From the NCBI GenBank assembly GCA_013359225.1, contig JABWCG010000003.1, positions 48,783-112,782 of the forward strand: 64,000 bases of DNA. The letters are read 5' to 3'. Below, piece after piece: positions 51,896 through 61,519 of this stretch. The stretch's first letter is position 1; every line of letters starts with the position of its first letter. The notes under the pieces are model-generated. The model was not told the origin of the DNA. It saw only the letters and a program-made list of their open reading frames with translations, and did not search any database. The stretch is from Candidatus Buchananbacteria bacterium (GTDB lineage: Bacteria > Patescibacteriota > Patescibacteriia > Buchananbacterales > UBA6539). The translations under genes were made by a program, and so were the position numbers.

Positions 51896-53422
51896 TTAGC
51901 GAGCGTATTCTACTACTCGTGTTTCACGAATTACCGTGACTTTAATTTCACCAGGGTAACGCAACTCCGCTTCAATCTTACGTGCCATTTCCTGAGCCAA
52001 CTTCATCGCTTTTAAGTCGTCAATTTCTTCCGGCACCACAAAGACTCTAATTTCGCGACCGGCCTGAATAGCATAAGACTTTTCAACCCCCGGAAAAGCG
52101 TTGGCAACCTTTTCCAACTCTTCCAAGCGTTGCAAATATTGTTCATAAGAGTCTTTACGCGCACCAGGTCTCGCACCAGACACAGCATCGGCCACCTGAA
52201 CGATAATACATTCAAGCGTTTCCGGATTAGCGTCGTGGTGGGCTTTGGCAATATAGGCAATTTCTTCTGGTACGCCAAATTTCTTCAAGATGTCGTAACC
52301 AATCTGTGGGTGAGTACCCTGAACTTCATGATCAACCGCTTTACCGATGTCATGCAACAAACCACCTTTTTTAGCAATCGTCACATCAGCGCCTAGCATT
52401 TCTGCCAGCAACGCCGACAAATGAGCGATTTCAATTGAATGGTGTAAAATATTTTGGCCGTAGCTGGTTCGATATTTTAAACGGCCGACAATCTGGACCA
52501 ATTTTGGATCAAGTCCGGTAATACCAAGCTCATACACTGCATTTTCTCCAGCTTGCTGAATTTCAATTGCCAGTTCTTTTTTGGCGCTATCAATTGCTTC
52601 TTCAATTTTTGCCGGATGAATACGTCCGTCGGAAATTAACTTTTCCAGTGCCTTTTTGGCGACATGGCGACGGATTGGTGAAAAGCCCGAAATAGTAATG
52701 GCCTGAGGGGTATCGTCAACAATAATTTCCGTGCCGGTTAAGCGTTCAATGGTACGGATGTTTCGGCCCTCACGACCAATAACCCGACCCTTCATTTCAT
52801 CGGACGGTAAATCAATCGTGGTCGTAGTTCCTTCAGCAGCGTGTGACACGGCACAACGCTGAATCGCCAAAGCCAACATTTCTTTAGCCTTGCGATCCAG
52901 TTCAATCGAAGCCTGATTTTGTAATTTTCTAATTCGCCCCAAAAGCTCTTCGCCCATTTCACGCTCGGTATTATCCAGAAGCACTTTTTTAGCCTCCTCT
53001 TTAGTGAGCCCGGCGACTTTTTCCAATTTTTTATATTGCTGTTCGCGAATCTCAGCGATTTCTGCTTTCACTTTCTCAATTCGTTCGGCCTTATCAAGCA
53101 GCTCCTGTTTCTTGTTTTCAATTTCCAATAGCTTTTGGTCAAACAACGTTTCGCGTCCCTCTAAGCGCTTTTGCGCCCGCGCCAACTCCTGCTGACGGCT
53201 ACGCTCTTCAGCCTTAGCTTCTTCAATAATTTTTAACGCTTTATCGTTTGCTTCAAGCAACAATTCTTTTTGTTTTGCCTTTGCTTCATTGATCAAAACC
53301 TCTACCTTGGTCTCAACCAAATCTTTGCGCTTGACGGCCCACATCTTTCGCATTTGATAACCTAAACCCGTACCTGCGACAGCGGCCATAAACAAGGCAA
53401 TCAGCCAATAAATAATTTGCAT
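51896..53422 (-). CDS. rny: Ribonuclease Y
   Basis: TM segment, coiled coil, KH domain (MKGRVIGREGRNIR), HD domain (LLHDIGK), AIQAGRE. Confidence 0.98.
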   Translation of the reverse strand: MQIIYWLIALFMAAVAGTGLGYQMRKMWAVKRKDLVETKVEVLINEAKAKQKELLLEANDKALKIIEEAKAEERSRQQELARAQKRLEGRETLFDQKLLEIENKKQELLDKAERIEKVKAEIAEIREQQYKKLEKVAGLTKEEAKKVLLDNTEREMGEELLGRIRKLQNQASIELDRKAKEMLALAIQRCAVSHAAEGTTTTIDLPSDEMKGRVIGREGRNIRTIERLTGTEIIVDDTPQAITISGFSPIRRHVAKKALEKLISDGRIHPAKIEEAIDSAKKELAIEIQQAGENAVYELGITGLDPKLVQIVGRLKYRTSYGQNILHHSIEIAHLSALLAEMLGADVTIAKKGGLLHDIGKAVDHEVQGTHPQIGYDILKKFGVPEEIAYIAKAHHDANPETLECIIVQVADAVSGARPGARKDSYEQYLQRLEELEKVANAFPGVEKSYAIQAGREIRVFVVPEEIDDLKAMKLAQEMARKIEAELRYPGEIKVTVIRETRVVEYAR

Positions 53423-53436
53423 AAAATCTCCACAGC

Positions 53437-53680
53437 GGAAGATAGAACGTTGTACCTAGTGAGACTTCAAGTTGTTTGAGAGAGGGTTTTAACCACTGGC
53501 TGTACCAGACTGGCTAGAACCTAATGCTAAAACAAAGCACATTAAGTGCTTAGCGAGTGCTAATTTCCATTGTTAGCAAGAGTAATGATGATGCTCACAA
53601 AATTCGTAAAATTAATGGAAATAATTAACAATTTCGCACCTTATCTCGTCGTAAATCAACTAAAACTTCTATCTTACCAG
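53437..53680 (-). ncRNA. Candidate 6S RNA (ssrS) or large structured rny leader
   Basis: ORF-free ~245 nt closed by a terminal stem AAGATAGAA/TTCTATCTT (53439-53447 with 53667-53675), with promoter-like elements upstream. ssrS-rny synteny is known in several phyla. Confidence 0.5.
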
Positions 53681-53794
53681 TTAATTATCATTCTGCTTGA
53701 AAGACTATCATATTTTTTGATTTTTGGCAAGAGTTAGACAAAAACTAAGAAAAAAGAGCTAATTGCTTAGCTCCGTGTACAAAGAACGTATCTG

Positions 53795-54172
53795 CTAGTC
53801 GCAGACAGTGGGTGTGGCGACAAAATCGCCGCAGCAGGGGAGAATCGCCAAAGCCCAACGCAAGGTTCGGCCATGGTAGACCACTTCACTGACGCCAAAC
53901 CGCGCCGATGCCGGGATTTCTCCCTTTTTCTGGCTCTTGTCAAAAGCTTGGCGAAGCGACCTGATCGCCCGACCCTTCTTTTTGTCAAAGCGATACTTCA
54001 GCCACAGCAGTTGTGCCGCGGCCAAGTACTTACGTTGGCTAGTTCCACCAACCGGCTCAGAAATCAGACGAAACTCAATTTCGCCAGCGAATGGTTTGCC
54101 GTTGCCGACAAAACGGTCAAATGAAGGACGTAATACGCCCTCAGCCTGCATCAAAACGGGGCTTGCTACCAT
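53795..54172 (-). CDS. Unknown 125-aa basic protein downstream of a SAM-I riboswitch
   Basis: ATG at 54172 preceded by GAGGAG; ends ...ILPCCGDFVATPTVCD; no family recognised. Confidence 0.7.
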   Translation of the reverse strand: MVASPVLMQAEGVLRPSFDRFVGNGKPFAGEIEFRLISEPVGGTSQRKYLAAAQLLWLKYRFDKKKGRAIRSLRQAFDKSQKKGEIPASARFGVSEVVYHGRTLRWALAILPCCGDFVATPTVCD

Positions 54173-54218
54173 GGTACACATCTCCTCATTGGTTGCATCG
54201 ACCACCCAAAACAAAGAA

Positions 54219-54260
54219 CGAAAAAAGCTAACCTTTTGGGGGAAAGATTAGCTTTTTTCG
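54219..54260 (-). terminator. Riboswitch expression-platform terminator 2
   Basis: CGAAAAAAGCTAATCTTT-CCCCCA-AAAGGTTAGCTTTTTTCG. Confidence 0.8.
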
Positions 54261-54263
54261 ATC

Positions 54264-54288
54264 AAAAAACTCTTCAACGACGAAGAGC
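54264..54288 (-). terminator. Riboswitch expression-platform terminator 1
   Basis: GCTCTTC-GTCGTT-GAAGAG followed by TTTTTT. Confidence 0.7.
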
Positions 54289-54299
54289 TTTCTAACCAT

Positions 54300-54413
54300 G
54301 GTATCTTCCCCGAAATTGGGCTGGAGTTAGCACTCAAGACGTTCACCGAAGTAAACCGAGTTGCTGGTCGCTATCGGGCCAGATCCCTTAGCAAGCGACA
54401 CTCTTGATAAACC
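54300..54413 (-). ncRNA. SAM-I (S-box) riboswitch aptamer
   Basis: Minus strand TTATCAAGAG...GGGATCTGGCCC...CAGCAAC...GTGCTAACTCCAG...GAAGATA shows the conserved S-box blocks in order, including CTGG/CCAG pseudoknot complementarity. Confidence 0.88.
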
Positions 54414-54461
54414 TCAATTGTAATGATATGGCTATCTTAGCAAACTGCCATGGTTTGTCAA

Positions 54462-55037
54462 CTATTTAATAATCTTATCAATCAGGCCGTATTTTTTAGC
54501 CTCTTCGGCCGTCATAAAATAGTCACGATCAGTATCTTCTTCAATTTTCTTAAGCGGCTGACCAGTATGTTTGGACAACAGCTGATTAAGGCGGTCTTTG
54601 ATCTTCAAAATATGTTCCGCTCTAATTTTTACATCTGTTGCCTGTCCTTCTGCGCCACCCATCACTTGATGTACCATCACTTCGGAATTGGGCAGAGCAA
54701 TTCTTTTGCCCGGCTCACCAGCAGCTAACAGTACCGCACCCATCGAAGCGGCCATACCAACACAGATTGTTGACACGTCCGCCTTCACATATTGCATAGT
54801 GTCATAAATTGCTAAACCGGCAGTGACCGACCCGCCCGGACTGTTGATGTATAACTTAATGTCTTTTTTAGTGTCCTCGCTGTCCAAAAAAAGTAGCTGG
54901 GCAATTACCGTATTTGCAACGGCATCGTCAATCGGGGAACCTAAAAAAATGATTCGCTCTTTTAACAACCGAGAATAAATATCGTACGCGCGTTCACCAA
55001 ATGTTGATTTTTCAACCACTGTAGGAATTAAATACAT
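54462..55037 (-). CDS. clpP: ATP-dependent Clp protease proteolytic subunit
   Basis: [26 protein letters not shown]. Confidence 0.98.
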   Translation of the reverse strand: MYLIPTVVEKSTFGERAYDIYSRLLKERIIFLGSPIDDAVANTVIAQLLFLDSEDTKKDIKLYINSPGGSVTAGLAIYDTMQYVKADVSTICVGMAASMGAVLLAAGEPGKRIALPNSEVMVHQVMGGAEGQATDVKIRAEHILKIKDRLNQLLSKHTGQPLKKIEEDTDRDYFMTAEEAKKYGLIDKIIK

Positions 55038-55057
55038 ATTTTTGTAACTATTATTTA

Positions 55058-56020
55058 TTATTCAATCATCCAAGCGGTTTCATCAAGCTGTCTTAAACGG
55101 CCATAAAGTTTAAACCCTGCCGCCTTAATGTGTCCGCCGCCACCTAATATTGTAGCCAATTTTGAGACATCAATCAACTCATCATTAGTACGCAGACTGC
55201 CTTTGATAATGCCATCAGACTGCTGCTGCAAAATCAAAGCAGCCTTGACGCCGGTCAAATTGTTTAAAAAATTCGCAATGCCTTCATTTACTTCCGTCGC
55301 CAACCGTCCCTGCAAATCTTTCTCAACAACTGTGGCAATTACCACATCATATTCATAATTATAATACATTCGGCTCAAGATAGTGCCCCACACCTGCAGT
55401 GTTTTTAATTCTTTATTTTTCAAAATCGCGTCTGATACGTGCGACAATGAAGCACCAACTAATAAAAGATCTGATGCCACCTGCAAAGCCCGATCATTAG
55501 TATTGGGATTGGTAAAATTATAGGTGTCGCCAACAATCCCGGCCAACATAGCGCTAGCCATCCACGGCTTAATCTCAACGTGCAAGGTTTTAAAAAGCTC
55601 ATAGATAATCACGGACGTTGAACAAGCCTTAGTATCAATTAAATTAATGGCGCCAAACCTACTATTAGTAACATGATGATCAATATTAATAATCTTCTGA
55701 GTTGGTTGTACTACCTCCTGAATGCCGGCATAACTCAAATCACTTGAATCAACCACAACCACCACATCATGTTGACTACTAGTAATCTGCGCTGGATCAG
55801 TAACCAACTCTTTAAAATTGGTTAGCCATTCCAGGTTCGCCGGTGCGGCGTCACGACAAAATAAAGTATATGGTTTATTAATGCTATCAAGCCAACCGGC
55901 GATTGCCGACAGGCTACCAATCGCATCGGCATCAGGACGCTGATGGCAAACAACTAAAATCTGGCGAGCGCGATCAACTGCCTGATTAATTTGCTGAGCT
56001 AAAATACTATTATGCGACAT
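55058..56020 (-). CDS. nrnA: DHH/DHHA1 nanoRNase/pAp phosphatase
   Basis: [23 protein letters not shown]; follows rbfA. Confidence 0.9.
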   Translation of the reverse strand: MSHNSILAQQINQAVDRARQILVVCHQRPDADAIGSLSAIAGWLDSINKPYTLFCRDAAPANLEWLTNFKELVTDPAQITSSQHDVVVVVDSSDLSYAGIQEVVQPTQKIINIDHHVTNSRFGAINLIDTKACSTSVIIYELFKTLHVEIKPWMASAMLAGIVGDTYNFTNPNTNDRALQVASDLLLVGASLSHVSDAILKNKELKTLQVWGTILSRMYYNYEYDVVIATVVEKDLQGRLATEVNEGIANFLNNLTGVKAALILQQQSDGIIKGSLRTNDELIDVSKLATILGGGGHIKAAGFKLYGRLRQLDETAWMIE

Positions 56021-56061
56021 ACAAGTTAAACAAAAACTGGCTACTTTAGTAGCCAGTCATT

Positions 56062-56403
56062 CTAACTTGTTTCTTTGATTCGGTCAAGCAGTTCTTCAAT
56101 TGCGAAAGCCTTTTGCTCGGTGTCGTCAATCGCGAATCTGATTTGCGGCAGCGGCTTCATTGAGAGTTTTTGATGAAGCAGATACTGCAGGTGGGGCGTA
56201 TTTTTTTTAAGCTTTTCTAAAACTTTTCCGGTGTACATCGTCGGCATCACTGAAACCCACACCTTGGCGTGGCGCAAATCCTTTGAAGTTTGGACTGAAA
56301 TAATAGTAGCCAGAGTATTTTTAGGAAACTCAATTTCAGTCAGAATCAATGAGTTGAGCTGCTGCCTGATTAATTCATTAATTTGAGCAATCCGATGAGA
56401 CAT
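56062..56403 (-). CDS. rbfA: Ribosome-binding factor A
   Basis: SKDLRHAKVWVS, PQIRFAIDD; follows infB. Confidence 0.93.
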   Translation of the reverse strand: MSHRIAQINELIRQQLNSLILTEIEFPKNTLATIISVQTSKDLRHAKVWVSVMPTMYTGKVLEKLKKNTPHLQYLLHQKLSMKPLPQIRFAIDDTEQKAFAIEELLDRIKETS

Positions 56404-56418
56404 TAAATCTAAATTCTC

Positions 56419-58413
56419 TTACTGAATTTTTTTGGTTCTGATTTCTTCAGTATACGCTTCTAAAATATCACCCTCAACAATAACCGGTTTGCCTTCGTAA
56501 CTGATGCCACATTCCTGGCCCTTAACCGCTTCCGTTACTTTTACTTTATTAACCTGAACCTGGGCAATAATCCCGGTAGCTTTTTTGAATTTATCTTCTT
56601 TAACATCAACTTTAGCCATGGGCGGAATTCGTCCATCAATCACTTGGCCGCCGATCACCATTTTTTTATCTTCTTTGCGAAATACCGCCAACACCTTGAG
56701 CCGACCTAAATCAGTGCGAATAACTTCCGGCGTCAACATTTGTTCCAGACGAGCCTTAACGTCTTCTAATAATTTATAAATAATTTCGTAATTTTTAATT
56801 TCAACTTTTTTGTCACGAGCCAATAAATCAGCGCTCTGGGTCGGCTTAACATGAAAACCAAGCACCAAACCTTCGGCTGACGCAGCACGCTGAACATCAT
56901 TTTCCGTAATATTGCCTAAACCTTTAGCAATAACATTAACTGCCACCTCCGGATGATCAAGCTTGGTTAATGAAGCAATAATCGCTTCCAATGAACCAAG
57001 CACATCAGACCGCAAAACAACATTAAGCGTTTTGACGTTTTTCTTTTCCTGGTCCGAAGTCTCGCGCGGGCGGCTATAATCGACTGCCTGCTGATTAAGC
57101 TGATACTTACTAACCTTTTTCTTCTTATCAACGTCGAGAGTAACCTGCAAAATATCACCAACGCTGGCTGATGCCTTAAGTCCGATAATTTTTACCGGCG
57201 TTGATGGGGGAGCGGTTTCAATATCTTGCCCCTTATAATCTTTCATTGACCGAACTTTGCCGTAAAAACTGCCCGAAATTTCAACTAAATCACCACGTTT
57301 CAAGGTGCCGTTTTGCACCAGCATGGTCGCGACCGGACCTTCGCCCTTATCAACGTGCGATTCAATAATCGTACCAACAGCCGGCTTGGCCGGGTTGGCA
57401 GTGATATGAACGCGTTCAGTTTCGGTTACCAATAAAATCATATCCAATAATTCATCAATGCCAGTGCCGGCCTTGGCAGAAATCGGAACTACAATAGTGT
57501 TGCCGCCCCATTCTTCAGGAACCAAATTCAACGAAGCCAAATCCTGTTTAACCCGTTCTGGATTAGCATCCGGTTTATCAATCTTGTTAATTACCACAAT
57601 CATCGGCAACTTGGCTGATTTGATAATTTTGATTGATTCTTTAGTCTGCGGCTGAATACTATCATCAGCGGCAATCACTAAAATGGCAATATCGGCGACT
57701 CGGGCGCCTCGTGAACGCATGGTGGTAAACGCTTCGTGACCAGGCGTATCAATAAACGTGATGGCATTGTCCTTTTTAATCACCTGATATGCCCCGATGT
57801 GCTGCGTAATGCCGCCAGATTCGCCTTCAATCACATTTGTCTTGCGGATTGCATCCAGCAGTTTGGTTTTGCCATGATCAACGTGGCCCATGACCACCAC
57901 CACCGGCGGGCGAGGAATCAAATTCTTATCACCATCTTTATCTTTAATTAACAGCTGTTCCAATTTCTGAGATGCTTCTTCTTCCGCCTGGCCACCGGAC
58001 TGGTCGGCTGTTACTTCATACCCAAGCTCGCTACTGACAATCGACGCCGTATCAAAATCAATCTCTTCATTCATTGAAGCTAACACGCCGTTTTTCATTA
58101 ACTCGGCCATTAATTTTGACAGCGGGTATTTCAAGCGCTCGGCCAAATCTTTAACCCTGATGGTCGGCGGAATCGCTACCTGTTTTGGAACAACGGTCTC
58201 TGTTTTTATTTCAGCGGCTTTTTTATCTTCTGCCGGACTGGTTAATTCCCGATATTTTGCTTTCAATTTTGGCCACTGTTCAACAATCCGTGCCGCCTGA
58301 CGATCATCAATTTTAATCGCCCGGCGACCAATATCAAAACCAACGACCGGCAAAATTTCCAGCAGTTCTTTAGTAGGTACTTTTAATTTTCGCGCTAACT
58401 CAGTAACGTTCAT
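56419..58413 (-). CDS. infB: Translation initiation factor IF-2
   Basis: GHVDHGKT, GGITQHIG, DTPGH, NKID, SAK. Confidence 0.99.
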   Translation of the reverse strand: MNVTELARKLKVPTKELLEILPVVGFDIGRRAIKIDDRQAARIVEQWPKLKAKYRELTSPAEDKKAAEIKTETVVPKQVAIPPTIRVKDLAERLKYPLSKLMAELMKNGVLASMNEEIDFDTASIVSSELGYEVTADQSGGQAEEEASQKLEQLLIKDKDGDKNLIPRPPVVVVMGHVDHGKTKLLDAIRKTNVIEGESGGITQHIGAYQVIKKDNAITFIDTPGHEAFTTMRSRGARVADIAILVIAADDSIQPQTKESIKIIKSAKLPMIVVINKIDKPDANPERVKQDLASLNLVPEEWGGNTIVVPISAKAGTGIDELLDMILLVTETERVHITANPAKPAVGTIIESHVDKGEGPVATMLVQNGTLKRGDLVEISGSFYGKVRSMKDYKGQDIETAPPSTPVKIIGLKASASVGDILQVTLDVDKKKKVSKYQLNQQAVDYSRPRETSDQEKKNVKTLNVVLRSDVLGSLEAIIASLTKLDHPEVAVNVIAKGLGNITENDVQRAASAEGLVLGFHVKPTQSADLLARDKKVEIKNYEIIYKLLEDVKARLEQMLTPEVIRTDLGRLKVLAVFRKEDKKMVIGGQVIDGRIPPMAKVDVKEDKFKKATGIIAQVQVNKVKVTEAVKGQECGISYEGKPVIVEGDILEAYTEEIRTKKIQ

Positions 58414-58428
58414 GTTAAAAAAATAAAG

Positions 58429-58503
<75 letters not shown>

Positions 58504-58603
58504 GAATTTGTTAAGCTAGGACAGTGGTTAGTGTAACAAAAAACCCCGTAAAAATCAACCCGGCCCGCAAGAGGCGGGCCGGCAACAATAGTTTTAAAAT
58601 TTT

Positions 58604-59143
58604 TTATTCAACAACTTCAATTTCAGTATATTTGATGCCCCAGCGTACGGCTGACGCGCGATCCTTCATCCAGATGTCAGCGCGATAGTAATACCGGGCA
58701 TTCATTCGGTCTTGCACCGTAAAAATCCGGTCACCAAAGTATTCGGGAATCCGCACTTTGGTGCCAAACGGCAAAAAGTTGGCGGCAATCACGTTTTCTT
58801 CGCCATTCTCACACAAATTAAACCCATTGGCAGTAATACACGGACTGGCATCAGTCTGGTCAACGGTTGAAGAATAGGAAGTAATCGGTATTGTGTAGGT
58901 TTTAACTACCGTATACTCAGTTTCCTTAATCGGGCTGATTAAAACCACAGAGTTATTGGCTTCGGTTTCGCTGGTTTCCTCAATTACCTGGTCAACTGCC
59001 CGCACCACCAGGTCGGGAAGCATTACGCTGCCGTCTGGCTGGGCTGCCGCCACGCTGTAATGGGGGAACATGAACTCAAATACCAAGACCAACAAGACGA
59101 TAATCTCGGTTTTACTGCGTCTGATTGTTCGTAAAGTTTTCAT
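58604..59143 (-). CDS. 3D-domain cell-wall protein
   Basis: TSYSS...QTD..PCITANG, AANFLPFGTKV, VQDRM, ADIW; start at MKTLR. Confidence 0.88.
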   Translation of the reverse strand: MKTLRTIRRSKTEIIVLLVLVFEFMFPHYSVAAAQPDGSVMLPDLVVRAVDQVIEETSETEANNSVVLISPIKETEYTVVKTYTIPITSYSSTVDQTDASPCITANGFNLCENGEENVIAANFLPFGTKVRIPEYFGDRIFTVQDRMNARYYYRADIWMKDRASAVRWGIKYTEIEVVE

Positions 59144-59291
59144 AGGCTTTAAACAAATAAAAAATTCCCTATACCTTGGGAAGTGTATCACCTTAACACA
59201 AAGCCTAATTTTTGTCAAGTGTCTAACCTAAAATAAAAACCTCTCTCAAATTCATGAGAGAGGGTCACAAAAGAACGGTTTGGCCCGATAT

Positions 59292-61190
59292 TCAGGCCGA
59301 AATCGTCTTGCGACGAAGAACAAACGTGCCGAAACTGACCAGAACCACGACCAGCAGTAACAGCCCCAGGGCCGAAGTAGCCGGCACGGAAGCCATATCG
59401 CCGCCGTCCAACGGATCCGAGCCGAAGGTGTTCTCCTGACCGTCATTCATGCCGTCGTTATCGGTATCAGAGTCGTTGGCATCCAGGTCGGTGCCGGTAG
59501 GGTTGGAGTCCGGGTTGTACGGATTGTACGCCCCGTCGCCGTCATACCAGACTTCCTGGTGATCGTTTAGCCCATCGTCGTCTGAGTCAGCATCGTTGGG
59601 GTTGGTTCCCAGTGTCGCTTCTTCGGCGTCCGACAAACCGTCGTTGTCAGCGTCAGGCTCAATAACTGAGCCGGGAGGCGCCACAACGAATTCCGAGAAG
59701 TGCACCACCTGCACCGTCAACATGTTGTTGGCGAGGTCTCGCGAGATAACCGTCGCTTCCTCGGTAGTGCCGTCGGCGTTGACGGTAATTACCGACAGAG
59801 TGCTCTCGTCGAGGCCTTCGATTTCGGCGTCGGTGTACTTTACTACCAGCGTTCCGGGCGGGTCAAAGACGAGCCCGTCTTCGCCAAGATCGCGCCGGAT
59901 CAAGTTACCGGTCGGCGGCTGCTGGATTTCTTCAACTGGCGTGATTGGCGTTGTCATCGTGATCGTCGCCGTGCCTGCCTTTGGCATCAATGCCACTTCG
60001 GAGGTTTTCCCAGCAGCTTTTGCCGGAGACTTCTTTGCCGCCGACGAAATCTGCGTTCCCGTATCAAGCGTTAAGCTGGTACCGGCGCCGTCGGTGAGGT
60101 ACAGCGGATCAATCAACTGCCCACCTTCGGTCAGCGCCAAAACAGCCTCAATCGCCAACGTGGAAATATTCAGACCATTATGGTCGGTCTGGGTGTCGAT
60201 GTAGGCGAGACGCGTCCCGCCTTCCGAAGCCGACACCAGCGCCTGGTTGCCCGCAAGGGTCATCCCAACAGGCGTCCACGTGGTAGGGCTGCCGTCAAGA
60301 AGCTCGCTGGTTTTGACCAGTATCACCTCAAAATCCGACAGCGGAATCGTTCCGGCCGGGTCCAAATCCGAGTAGGCGCCGTTGATGTCTTCGGAATAAA
60401 AGATCAACGTGCCGTCCTGAGAAAACTGCGGACTCGTGACGTAGAATGCGCCGTTGGTAAACGGGATCACCTTGCCGCTAAAGCTGGTGATCGGCAGCGT
60501 TGCGCTGTTGAGGTCTTTGACCAGATATAGCCGGCGGGTGGTGTTAGTCAACGGCCACTCCACCAGCAGGTTGTCGCCGTCCGGAGACAGCACGGGGTTG
60601 ATGAACAACGCGAAGTTGCCCAACAACTTTTGAGCGGTCGCGATGATCGGCGTGCCATCGGCTTCAATCTGAATGCGGTACACGCCTTCGTTCACGATCT
60701 CGGGGACCGAAAAGTCCACCGTGACAAAACTCATCCAGTAGGTGCCGTTTGAGCCGATGGTGACACTGGGATTACGCACCCCAATGTCCGCGTCCGACAG
60801 ACCAAGGTCGGATGCTTTCAAGATGTGTTGCGTCACAGTGCCGTCGGCAACCGCGACTTTCGAGATGGTTGGCCGGGTGCCGGCCGAAGAAGTAAACAAC
60901 ACGTATTCGTCGTTCGGGCTCCACGCGAGTGGCGACCAAACGATGGAGTGTGTGCTGTCCATCAACTGCGCAGCCGTGGCAACGTTGGTCGGGTCAATGG
61001 TCCACACCGTGTTCGTATTGCCCATGTAGGCAAGCTTGTCCGCGGCATGGTTCCAGTGGGGGTAAAACGCTCCGCCAGTCGGTCGGTGCAGAAACGTTTC
61101 GTTCCCCATGTCGTAGGTGATGAAGTTTGTTGCGTTCGCAACAAAACTTCCGACCATCATAATGATGGCCATCAATACAGTCTTTTTCAT
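59292..61190 (-). CDS. Surface protein with TolB-like beta-propeller, beta-sandwich domain, TSP3-like DxDxDG repeats and IPTL-CTERM-like anchor
   Basis: Signal peptide; WSP/LSPDG/FSQDG blades; VVHFSEF; DADNDGLSD, DSDDDGLND, DTDNDGMND; VPATSALGLLLL..TM..RRK. Confidence 0.8.
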   Translation of the reverse strand: MKKTVLMAIIMMVGSFVANATNFITYDMGNETFLHRPTGGAFYPHWNHAADKLAYMGNTNTVWTIDPTNVATAAQLMDSTHSIVWSPLAWSPNDEYVLFTSSAGTRPTISKVAVADGTVTQHILKASDLGLSDADIGVRNPSVTIGSNGTYWMSFVTVDFSVPEIVNEGVYRIQIEADGTPIIATAQKLLGNFALFINPVLSPDGDNLLVEWPLTNTTRRLYLVKDLNSATLPITSFSGKVIPFTNGAFYVTSPQFSQDGTLIFYSEDINGAYSDLDPAGTIPLSDFEVILVKTSELLDGSPTTWTPVGMTLAGNQALVSASEGGTRLAYIDTQTDHNGLNISTLAIEAVLALTEGGQLIDPLYLTDGAGTSLTLDTGTQISSAAKKSPAKAAGKTSEVALMPKAGTATITMTTPITPVEEIQQPPTGNLIRRDLGEDGLVFDPPGTLVVKYTDAEIEGLDESTLSVITVNADGTTEEATVISRDLANNMLTVQVVHFSEFVVAPPGSVIEPDADNDGLSDAEEATLGTNPNDADSDDDGLNDHQEVWYDGDGAYNPYNPDSNPTGTDLDANDSDTDNDGMNDGQENTFGSDPLDGGDMASVPATSALGLLLLVVVLVSFGTFVLRRKTISA

Positions 61191-61519
61191 CCCTGGACTC
61201 CTTGGTTACGGTTGTGGTTGGTTCGTCTACGCTACGTGCTCCTGCCAATTGTCAATGTGCTTGTCTTCCCTCCCTGTTTTTGTCTTGATAGCCAAAAAAT
61301 ACAATAACGACAAAAGCATTTGTACTCTACTACAAAATCAGTAAATTGTAAAGGGTAGTATAACAAAATTTTGACTAAAAATAAACAAAAAATCCATTTT
61401 TTAAAAAATTTTTAATTTACAAATTGGGCTCGGCGTGTTAATTAATAAAAGGCAAAAGCCTGCAATGTTCATTACAACCAAACCTCAGTATATAGCCACC
61501 CACCGAGGAGAAGCCCGCA

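Noticed and set aside
53795-54172. Idea that the S-box-controlled protein is a phage-type SAM lyase
   Set aside because: Only the size is similar; no motif was recognised, and an OFF-with-SAM switch argues against a SAM-destroying enzyme.
59390-59660. Repetitive GTCG/GTCA-rich DNA
   Set aside because: Explained by the encoded DxDxDG repeats; there are no identical repeats with spacers, so it is not a CRISPR array.
59596-61307. Several long plus-strand ORFs (up to 202 aa)
   Set aside because: Antisense shadows of the GC-rich 632-aa gene.
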